The notes beneath the pieces were generated by a model. It saw nothing but the letters and a program-made list of their open reading frames with translations, was not told the DNA's origin and made no database searches. From Pseudoalteromonas translucida KMM 520 (GTDB lineage Bacteria; Pseudomonadota; Gammaproteobacteria; Enterobacterales; Alteromonadaceae), in NCBI RefSeq assembly GCF_001465295.1, contig NZ_CP011034.1, positions 2,310,001-2,342,000 on the forward strand: 32,000 nt of DNA. Reading direction: 5' to 3'. The position numbers were made by a program, and so were the translations under genes. Shown one piece after another: positions 1-6,463 of the stretch. Each line of letters opens with the position of its first letter. Position 1 is the stretch's first letter.

Positions 1-65
1 TTCTAACGCTTAAAAGGTAATTCACCGAAATATGTTTTTTCAAATTGATAAATATGCTCTTAAAT

Positions 66-1250
66 TTATCCAATGTCATATTTTCGATCCTTTGGCTCAA
101 TTTCTTTAAGTCGCTCACTTATTTCGGTGTATTTATCTTTATATAATCTTTTTATAATTCCATTCATATAAACAACTAGGTTAAATCTTTTTTTGTACCA
201 GTATTTCTCCCTATAACTATCAGGGTAGGTTTCGAGCTTTTTAATTATAAAAAAACAATGTTTTATATCAACTGCCGATGGCAATGGCTGAATATCACTT
301 AAAGCGTTTTTAAAGTAGCCGTGTTTTGGATGCTTGACCCTTGCTAGCTTGTGAATGCGACCTAAACATCTATCAAAAGATCTGCGATAACTTCTGCTTT
401 TCCTAAAGTTATTTTCTTGAGCTTTCTTTGTTAATGCATGTACTTCTGCTCTGATTTTTGCAATCTCTTTAGCAGGTAAACGTGGCTGGTCAAACTCAAC
501 TCTAAGCCCGTGTACCATCAAGGGCTTTATCGAGCTATAAGACACCTCTTCTTTTTGCTCATTTATTGGCAAATCTTTTTGCAGAAGCATGTCTTCAATT
601 AATTTTTTTGCAGTGTTGAAATTAAAATTAGAAGCTGTACTAGAAACGGAGATATCATCAATGAACCTAGTATAAGTAAGTCCCTTACGTTCTAATCGTT
701 TAACCAGTAAGTGTTCTAAGTCAAAAAATATTAAGTTAGCTACATAGCTTGAGGTCAATGCGCCTTGAACCAATGTATTTTCAAAGCAACAAACATCACA
801 TATGAAATCGGCTACTTCATTTGAAAGATCTAAAGTATTAACCAAAATATCTTTTATATGCTCTTTATGAATATTATCGAAGAAATCTGATATATCCATT
901 TTTAAAAGGCTTTTTGCTCCACAATGCTTTTCAGCACATTTGATGTGGTCTCTGCTATCCTCAATTCCATTAATTAACTTTGGTATAGAACCGTATACAA
1001 ACTCAGGCCAAATTATTTTAGGCTTGAAAAAGCGGTTATTGATTCTTCTCTGAAATTTTCTGGTCAATTTATTAGGACATAAAACTCTTCTCTTAGAACC
1101 ATCACTTTTATATGCAGATTTAACAGGTTCACGATATCTAGAAGAGCTATTTGAGGATATAAAAGCTTCATAATCATCTTCTAAATCTAGAAAAGATATA
1201 AAGTTTTCAAGCTTTTTAATTGGGTCGCCTCGGTAATACTTAATTTCCAT
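66..1250 (-). CDS. Reverse transcriptase, retron-like or defence-associated (394 aa)
   Basis: RT motifs are visible in the ORF: KMDISDFFDNI (motif A Asp), LVQGALTSSYVANL (motif B), YTRFIDDISVS (catalytic xxDD) and LMVHGLRV. By eye these blocks parallel retron Ec86 RT as recalled from memory (NIDLEDFFPS, LPQGAPSSPKLANL, YTRYADDLT, VTGL). ATG at 1250-1248. A structured non-coding region lies immediately upstream. Confidence 0.8.
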   Translation of the reverse strand: MEIKYYRGDPIKKLENFISFLDLEDDYEAFISSNSSSRYREPVKSAYKSDGSKRRVLCPNKLTRKFQRRINNRFFKPKIIWPEFVYGSIPKLINGIEDSRDHIKCAEKHCGAKSLLKMDISDFFDNIHKEHIKDILVNTLDLSNEVADFICDVCCFENTLVQGALTSSYVANLIFFDLEHLLVKRLERKGLTYTRFIDDISVSSTASNFNFNTAKKLIEDMLLQKDLPINEQKEEVSYSSIKPLMVHGLRVEFDQPRLPAKEIAKIRAEVHALTKKAQENNFRKSRSYRRSFDRCLGRIHKLARVKHPKHGYFKNALSDIQPLPSAVDIKHCFFIIKKLETYPDSYREKYWYKKRFNLVVYMNGIIKRLYKDKYTEISERLKEIEPKDRKYDIG

Positions 1251-1267
1251 ATAATACCATTTTGGTT

Positions 1268-1481
1268 GGATGCCGTACCAAGCATGCGCTTTTATACCGT
1301 TTCTCTAGGCTAAAGGTTAACCATCACATTCTTTAAGTCAAATCTCAGCAACCACTGGTTAAACTTCGGTACGGCTGATCCATAGCTTGCTATTGCCTCC
1401 GCCAGCCGGAGGCGTGGTGGGGCCCTGAGCGTAGATGACATAGTCACCGTTATGTATGTAGCATACATAACACAGCTGAGA
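1268..1481 (-). ncRNA. Candidate RT-associated structured ncRNA (msr/msd-like); boundaries approximate
   Basis: No ORF in the track covers this 353-nt gap. It has a 10-bp stem with a 3-nt loop (1449-1471) and a GC-rich 7-bp hairpin (1395-1413). A long-range imperfect inverted repeat joins 1268-1282 and 1364-1381, with a perfect 8-bp core GCCGTACC/GGTACGGC. An inner 11-bp stem with one mismatch joins 1313-1323 and 1356-1366. A 7-bp inverted repeat joins 1343-1349 and 1475-1481. The GC-rich patch at 1395-1431 sits in an AT-rich context. Confidence 0.4.
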
Positions 1482-1572
1482 ATTTTTAATAACCTTAAAT
1501 GCAGTGAATAAGTGAATCACTTACGCAGATTACAATCTAATTGATAATCGACCATAATTCAACAAATTAAGA

Positions 1573-1592
1573 CAGCTTATTTATCTAAGCTG
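1573..1592 (-). terminator. Weak hairpin just after the tnsC stop (possible attenuator or terminator)
   Basis: CAGCTTA (1573-1579) pairs with TAAGCTG (1586-1592) around a 6-nt loop. On the minus strand it is followed by TCTTAATTTGTT. The stem is AT-rich, so the call is weak. Confidence 0.25.
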
Positions 1593-1603
1593 AATAAGTA
1601 AGG

Positions 1604-2605
1604 TTATTTCCTTAACAACTGACTAATCGGCATCCGGTCAGTAAACTTGGTCGCTATAAACGGGTCTTCATCTTGAGAGCTTTCAGGCTTATAAAGTGAA
1701 TAGCGCTCGACTTCGCTTGCTGTTATTTCTGCTACAGGCAAGGTAAATAAATTAGGAACATCCGGAAAGAGTACCTCAAATGCTTTAACTAAATGCTTGG
1801 TTGTGAGAGTTTTCGCGTTGTCCATTAATGCATAAAGTACGGCATCATCTAAAAAGTATTTTAATGTTCTAAAGCAACCTTTTGATAATGAGAACAAAGT
1901 AAACACTGTTGCTTGCTCACTTAAGTTTGGCTTTTCGGCAAATGGCATACGGTTGGCTAGACCAATTATTAGTTGTACAAAATGCTTTGGGTTTTCTGAC
2001 AACTTAAAATAAGGCAACTGCCGCCTTATTAATAAACGAGATGACCACTGGGGCTCGTCTGCTATTTTTTCTGCCCACGGCATACCTACCAATACAATTG
2101 ATACACCCGCTTCGTCGTTAATATATTTTAATCGATTAGCAATCTCGCGGCGCTTTTTACCTTGGTTGTGCTCAATTAGCTCTTGGAACTCATCAATAAT
2201 TATAAGCTCTGTGCCACATGTTTTTAGGCATTTTATTAATGATGTCGTTAAGCGAGTGCCGTTTATTCGTAGCTTACGCTCTGTGCTGCCTACTTGCCCT
2301 AAATCTTTAAGAAGCTCTGCTAAAGTAGATTCTAATGTCGGGTTACTAGGTATGCGGCTTACCAATACAGGGTGGTTCATAACACCATTAATAAATTGCG
2401 GTAAATGTCGTTCTTTATATTGCTTGATCAGTGCTGTTTTACCTGTGCCTGTATCGCCATTTAAGAGCATGCAAGGCTTTTCACCTGTTAGCCCTTTACC
2501 AAGTCTTAATCTATCGAAGTCGTTAAATATGGTGGTTATTATTGGGTATTCAATAAATACATCACGAAATTCATTCAGCTTTTCTTTTTGTTTATCGGTC
2601 AGCAT
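1604..2605 (-). CDS. tnsC: TnsC/TniB-like AAA+ transposition regulator (333 aa)
   Basis: Walker A is GDTGTGKT and Walker B is LIIIDEFQ. The start ATG lies 2 nt after the tnsB stop. The 333-aa length resembles the short TnsC of I-F3 CASTs rather than the 555-aa Tn7 TnsC. Confidence 0.85.
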   Translation of the reverse strand: MLTDKQKEKLNEFRDVFIEYPIITTIFNDFDRLRLGKGLTGEKPCMLLNGDTGTGKTALIKQYKERHLPQFINGVMNHPVLVSRIPSNPTLESTLAELLKDLGQVGSTERKLRINGTRLTTSLIKCLKTCGTELIIIDEFQELIEHNQGKKRREIANRLKYINDEAGVSIVLVGMPWAEKIADEPQWSSRLLIRRQLPYFKLSENPKHFVQLIIGLANRMPFAEKPNLSEQATVFTLFSLSKGCFRTLKYFLDDAVLYALMDNAKTLTTKHLVKAFEVLFPDVPNLFTLPVAEITASEVERYSLYKPESSQDEDPFIATKFTDRMPISQLLRK

Positions 2606-2607
2606 AA

Positions 2608-4431
2608 TTAAAATCCATCTAAGTCTGAGATAAAATCATCCCAGCTATCAGTTGGTTGCTCTTTAGGTGTAACCTTTTTGGCCTCTACGGGTTTGCTATG
2701 CGTTATTGACTTTTGTGAGTCACTACTGATATTTTGATGTTTAGCTAACGCTTTACCACCCTTTACTTTTGAGTGTTTTGGCGCATTTTTTAACTCTTCA
2801 AACTCGTTTTGAATTTTGTTATGAATAAACATGCGCGCTTTTGCTAAGCCTACATTATCGATAGAGCCCGAAATAAAGTCGCGGTGGATGCGTATATTTA
2901 TTTTATGCTGATTCAAACTTAAATTTTGGGTGTAACCGTTTGGATCTATGCATGGCACTTTTATGTAATGCTCTAGCTTATCAAGGTAAACATATATATA
3001 AGAAATATCATCGGGATTTAATTTAATTAAAACTTCTTGAGATACTTTATGGCTAAATTGCTTTCTATAATTGGCCAGTTCAGTACTGTCGTAGCTTAAG
3101 TTTTCTAGCCGTATCCCACCTTTACGAAGTACCCGATGATTTGAAATACTGAGCACAACATCTAGTTGTTGAAGATCAGCATCACTTAGCATTGTTGGTG
3201 GTAACGTATTAAAACCTTGATCCCACAGTTGACTCGGTATGTACTTAAAGCGACTGTCGGCATCTTGATGATAAACGTCTACTACCCATTTATGAAATAA
3301 CTGCATAAAGGTCGTAAAGCGCATGATTGCATCTTTTTTTGGATTGTATTCATGCTTTTGTAAAATGTTAGAAAAGGTTTTACCGGGAACAGGATCTAAT
3401 AACTCAGTATTTATTGTTCCAAACATACGTTCTACAAATGGTTTTAACCAAGGCTTTGCGACTGGGTTATATTGAGTATTAATGCCTATTTCTTCACAAG
3501 CAAGTTCAAGGCTGTTGCTCCAAAATTCAGCGCCATTATCAACAACGAGTGTTTCAATTTTGCCAGCACACTTCCACTCATTAATCGTATCAGGGTATAG
3601 TTTTGCCACTTCACTTTTAGGTTTCATCGCATTTAGCATTGCTCGCCTTACTGCATCATAGCTAGGCTCACTGAAGCTAAAGTAATAGCCAACAATACAA
3701 TGGCTATACACATCTACCAACATGGTGAGTGTAGGCCTACCTAGTGGAATATGTAGCTCATCATCTAATAAAATAAGATCAAGTGGCGTATGGTCAATTT
3801 CAACTTTTTCAAGTACTCGGATAGGCCGTTTATGCCCTTCAACCTTATTATAAGCAATATCAGCAAGGCGCTTACCATAACGAGCAATCATTACTTCGTA
3901 TTGCGGTAAGTTATCTATTCTGTTTTTAAACGCTTTGTATGTTAAAGGCTTTAAAACACTGTCAACAACACTGTCGTTTTCGATAATAACTAAGTCTTTA
4001 TAGAACTTGTAAGCCGAAGCCACTGATGGTTTTTCTTTTACTAAGTAACGCTCAAGTGCTTTTTCAAAAAACTTATCAGTGGTTGTATCGCGCTCCCTAT
4101 TACCCTTTTTTTGGTGGCTTGGTATTAGCGCCATAATATTTTTATCCGCATTGGTGTAAGCGCTATACCATCGTGCGGCTGTTCTCCAACTTGGCTTTTT
4201 TTCACCCTCAACATCAGGCATTAATTTTAATAAAGGTTCAAGATTTTTTTGTGTCCAACCACCTTGAATATTAGCCTCAAGCCATTGAATATATTTAAGC
4301 TTAGCAAATGTTGTTGTTTTTATTTTTTCAGGAAGGGCTTGTAAGTCTTTAGTGTAATTTTGAGGTAGTTTGGTTTCAGCTTTTGGTAATGGCTGGTTAA
4401 ACTCATCATCAAACAAATCGTTATTAAACAT
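2608..4431 (-). CDS. tnsB: TnsB DDE (rve-family) transposase (607 aa)
   Basis: Candidate DDE triad contexts are IDHTPLDL, VVDNGAEFW and KPFVERMF. It overlaps the tnsA stop by 8 nt. The order tnsA-tnsB-tnsC is canonical. Confidence 0.9.
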   Translation of the reverse strand: MFNNDLFDDEFNQPLPKAETKLPQNYTKDLQALPEKIKTTTFAKLKYIQWLEANIQGGWTQKNLEPLLKLMPDVEGEKKPSWRTAARWYSAYTNADKNIMALIPSHQKKGNRERDTTTDKFFEKALERYLVKEKPSVASAYKFYKDLVIIENDSVVDSVLKPLTYKAFKNRIDNLPQYEVMIARYGKRLADIAYNKVEGHKRPIRVLEKVEIDHTPLDLILLDDELHIPLGRPTLTMLVDVYSHCIVGYYFSFSEPSYDAVRRAMLNAMKPKSEVAKLYPDTINEWKCAGKIETLVVDNGAEFWSNSLELACEEIGINTQYNPVAKPWLKPFVERMFGTINTELLDPVPGKTFSNILQKHEYNPKKDAIMRFTTFMQLFHKWVVDVYHQDADSRFKYIPSQLWDQGFNTLPPTMLSDADLQQLDVVLSISNHRVLRKGGIRLENLSYDSTELANYRKQFSHKVSQEVLIKLNPDDISYIYVYLDKLEHYIKVPCIDPNGYTQNLSLNQHKINIRIHRDFISGSIDNVGLAKARMFIHNKIQNEFEELKNAPKHSKVKGGKALAKHQNISSDSQKSITHSKPVEAKKVTPKEQPTDSWDDFISDLDGF

Positions 4432-5074
4432 TGTTAGACCAAATTGCTGTTTCTATTGATATTTCATTTGTAGTTAAGTCGGCAAATAACTGCCCTAGTG
4501 ATAGTAAGCGAAGCACCGTAGCAAGTAGCTCACCGGCAGTTACTTTTAAATATCTGATTAACTGGCCCACTTTGATAGAGCCGTACTGCTTAACAAGTTC
4601 TAGTACCGATGCTTGCAATTCTGTTAAAGACTGAAAACCAGAGTAGCGATGCAAAAGCTTTAAGTTATTGAGTGTTGGGTATACACGGATTTGTTTATCA
4701 GTAACCAGTATTAAGTCGCGTCCATCTTGCTTAGCTATGGCTTGCTTTTCAATAAAACGTGCACGAAAGTCTTCGTCAGCAATTTTGCTTTGCGGTTTTA
4801 CTTCTATAAATTTTTGCGTGCCGTCTGTGTGGGTAAGTAAAAAGTCAGGTGTGTAACGGCAAATACGGTTATCGAACTCATATTCGTAACCTAGAGGTTG
4901 TGCTTCAAATGCGGCTATTGGTGGTGAAAATTCAAAATGGAAACACGCATCAAACTCTAAAGAGGATTCGACTAAACAAGTAGATTTATTTTTTTGACTA
5001 GCAAATTTATGAAGATTTTTTACACGGGAGTATTTTAGTTTTCTTCTGTACATGTGAGTCAACCATTTAACCAT
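4424..5074 (-). CDS. tnsA: TnsA endonuclease-like transposition protein (216 aa)
   Basis: Type II restriction-endonuclease-like TnsA motifs are present: ESSLEFDACFHFEF, YTPDFLL and IEVKP. It is the first gene inside the transposon end. An alternative ATG at 5053 is possible. Confidence 0.85.
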   Translation of the reverse strand: MVKWLTHMYRRKLKYSRVKNLHKFASQKNKSTCLVESSLEFDACFHFEFSPPIAAFEAQPLGYEYEFDNRICRYTPDFLLTHTDGTQKFIEVKPQSKIADEDFRARFIEKQAIAKQDGRDLILVTDKQIRVYPTLNNLKLLHRYSGFQSLTELQASVLELVKQYGSIKVGQLIRYLKVTAGELLATVLRLLSLGQLFADLTTNEISIETAIWSNNV

Positions 5075-5161
5075 TTGGTTAAATACTAGACTATGCCACC
5101 TTACACTTCCAATTTATGCCATCTTTTAGTACAGATATGTCAACTTATACTTCAAACAACA
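5041..5161 (-). repeat. Transposon right end: TGTTG terminus plus an array of candidate TnsB-binding repeats
   Basis: Read inward on the minus strand: TGTTGTTT GAAGTATAAGTTGACATATC TGTACTAAAAGATGGCATAAATTGGAAG TGTAAGGTGGCATAGTCTAGTA. The motif G(T/C)ATA(A/G) recurs three times. Two of these copies carry the longer ATAA(G/A)TTG, at 5141-5148 and 5110-5117; the third is GCATAG at 5092-5097. GTTGAC-N5-TGTAC occurs twice. The terminus resembles the Tn6677 end TGTTGATACAACCATAAAATG as recalled from memory. Confidence 0.55.
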
Positions 5162-5180
5162 CCCAAATGAGGAATTTGGG
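5162..5180 (-). terminator. Hairpin at the 3' end of ffs (terminator or processing stem)
   Basis: On the minus strand, CCCAAAT-TCCTC-ATTTGGG forms a 7-bp stem, followed directly by TGTTGTTT. That U-rich tail is supplied by the proposed transposon terminus. Confidence 0.45.
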
Positions 5181-5291
5181 TGGCAGTCTTACCAGCCACA
5201 TCTCGGCACACACGTCACAAACTGTGGCTGCTCCCTTCCGGGCCTGACCAGGTTCGCCTGCTAGTGTTGCGAGAGGACCAATAAGACTACC
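5178..5291 (-). ncRNA. ffs: 4.5S RNA / signal recognition particle RNA
   Basis: The minus-strand sequence is GGTAGTCTTATTGGTCCTCTCGCAAC...CCTGGTCAGGCCCGGAAGGGAGCAGCC...GCTGGTAAGACTGCCACCC. It is collinear with E. coli 4.5S RNA, which has CCAGGTCAGGTCCGGAAGGAAGCAGCC and an ACCC tail. Length is 114 nt. The 5' and 3' ends pair as a 10-bp stem. Confidence 0.9.
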
Positions 5292-5319
5292 ATTGAGGGC
5301 CTTGGTTGGCGCGGGAAGG

Positions 5320-5348
5320 ATTATCTCTACTTTTGCTACGTTATTCAA
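5320..5348 (-). promoter_or_regulatory. Candidate sigma70 promoter of ffs
   Basis: On the minus strand there is a TTGAAT -35 (5348-5343), a 17-nt spacer and a GATAAT -10 (5325-5320). The predicted start is about 22 nt upstream of the mature 5' end. That fits the roughly 24-nt RNase P-processed leader known for E. coli 4.5S. Confidence 0.45.
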
Positions 5349-5359
5349 GGGATAATCGA

Positions 5360-5400
5360 AAAAGAAAGTGCGATTGCATACTTCATATACAATCGCGGCC
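5360..5400 (-). terminator. Rho-independent terminator after the DUF3014-like gene
   Basis: The stem GCGATTG (5370-5376) / CAATCGC (5390-5396) has extra flanking pairs. On the minus strand it is followed by ACTTTCTTTTT. Confidence 0.55.
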
Positions 5401-5421
5401 TTTTAAACTGTTTTATGCTTA

Positions 5422-6291
5422 CTATTTGCTCTCTAACTGCGCTTTAATATTACGCAGTGCCGCTTTTACTTTTTTCATGTTCTCTGGGCCCATACGTAAA
5501 AGCTGTTTTTGTGCAGCGGGTAATTGCTCCCACTCTGCAAATGCATATTGGTAGGTTACTGAGTCGCGCAGCAAAGGTAAGTTACCTTCTGGCTCTGGTG
5601 TATCGAGTAATAAGTCGATTGCATTTTCAAGCGTTTGCGTAAACTCATCATCGCCGTAACCAATTTCAGTATAGGCATTATTAATAAGCGGTTTATATTC
5701 TTCAAATAAACGCACTGCTTGGGCGGCGCTCATACTAGTAAATATTTTCACATACGGGGTGTATCGTTCATAACTATTAGGATCAATAGTTAAAATATCA
5801 CCTTCTGTGACACTAAATTTTTCTTCTGGCTTTATTACTGGTGTATGTTTTGTAGCAACTTTGCCCTTTGCTAAATTATCAACAAACACCACACCACGGC
5901 GAATAACATCATCGGTAATCATTAGCTCCATTACCGAATCACTTAAGTATTCATCCATTTTTGCCACAACAACTGCATCACTTTCATCAAGTGGTGGTAA
6001 TTGCACGGCTGCTGGTTCTGCATCACGTTGCGCTGGCATTTCATAATCTTGAGGTTTATCTGGCAATACTGATGGTACATCTAAAGCGGGATCATTTTCT
6101 GGCTTTAGCTCCATCATAGGCTGCTCTACTGGTGCTGGCTCAACCTCAGTAAGCACTTCTGCCTCGTTGCTTGGCTTAAGCAATACAAATGCAGCGGCGC
6201 ATACGAGTACCACTAAAATAATAATGGCAAAAAGTAGATTGTTATTAGGTGGACGTTTTTGAACATCTGACGCTGATGGTTTATCTGACAT
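5422..6291 (-). CDS. Membrane-anchored protein of unknown function (DUF3014-like)
   Basis: There is a single N-terminal TM segment (LLFAIIILVVLVCAAAFVLL), then an acidic Pro-rich linker and a globular C-terminal domain. The start is set at ATG 6291 because GGAG sits 5 nt upstream; the track ORF begins at 6324. The family name is from memory. Confidence 0.6.
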   Translation of the reverse strand: MSDKPSASDVQKRPPNNNLLFAIIILVVLVCAAAFVLLKPSNEAEVLTEVEPAPVEQPMMELKPENDPALDVPSVLPDKPQDYEMPAQRDAEPAAVQLPPLDESDAVVVAKMDEYLSDSVMELMITDDVIRRGVVFVDNLAKGKVATKHTPVIKPEEKFSVTEGDILTIDPNSYERYTPYVKIFTSMSAAQAVRLFEEYKPLINNAYTEIGYGDDEFTQTLENAIDLLLDTPEPEGNLPLLRDSVTYQYAFAEWEQLPAAQKQLLRMGPENMKKVKAALRNIKAQLESK

Positions 6292-6463
6292 ACGAACTCC
6301 ATTAAAATTAAAATGCAATATCACTTAGAGTATTCTAAATGAGTTTAATTCATAGCTTACAGTAAATAATATTAAAAGCAGCTAAGGTATCCTTTGATTC
6401 TTCTAGCTTAAAGACTTAAAGTAAATAAATAAAGTAAAGACGTAGAACAGTTTAGTCCCTTAT

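Larger units (their letters stand above)
1..5161 (-). mobile_element. Right-end (tnsA-proximal) part of a Tn7-like transposon, truncated by the window start; probably a type I-F3 CAST-like element inserted downstream of ffs
   Basis: tnsA, tnsB and tnsC are co-oriented and tightly coupled. A TGTTG terminus with repeated candidate TnsB-binding motifs lies at 5041-5161. The element abuts the 3' end of ffs. Hand counts on a few 60-nt lines give about 28-32% GC in the RT gene and about 45% in dnaE. Confidence 0.8.

Noticed and set aside
1268-1511. DRT2-style stop-free template (rolling-circle 'endless ORF') in the ncRNA region
   Set aside because: By hand scan, the 1261-1380 interval that contains the stem-closed 1268-1381 segment has stop codons in all six frames. 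The plus strand is open in one frame from 1386 to 1508 (41 codons). That length is not unusual by chance, and no repeat-junction logic is evident. This stays untested rather than supported.
1251-1603. Possible degenerate I-F CRISPR repeat or homing guide (TTCACTGC on the minus strand near 1503-1510 resembles the start of I-F repeats)
   Set aside because: Only about 8 nt match. There is no repeat hairpin, no second repeat copy at spacer distance and no similarity to the predicted ffs protospacer.
2166-2633. 155-aa plus-strand ORF. Similar antisense ORFs occur at 4431-4634, 4668-4856, 5306-5554, 5457-5642, 5807-6046, 7222-7410, 7754-9496 (several), 10322-10636, 11234-12070, 13007-13264, 13712-15708 (several), 17883-18587, 19349-20128, 21439-21621, 22598-22831, 24546-24980, 26370-26648, 26838-27032, 27510-27790, 29702-29953 and 31110-31355
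   Set aside because: All lie antisense within or across confidently identified genes. They have low-complexity, Ser/Cys/Leu-biased translations typical of shadow frames.
5131-5133. Alternative transposon terminus at the TGTAC (5133)
   Set aside because: The outer TGTTGTTTGAAGTATAAGTTG matches the CAST-type terminus better. Only the 5161 end gives a CC PAM at the expected 32 + 47 bp distance in ffs. It is kept as the alternative to test.
5145-5348. 67-aa minus-strand ORF in the track
   Set aside because: It is read straight through the 4.5S/SRP RNA gene (5178-5291) and its leader. The RNA identity explains the conservation-like appearance, and there is no ribosome-binding site.
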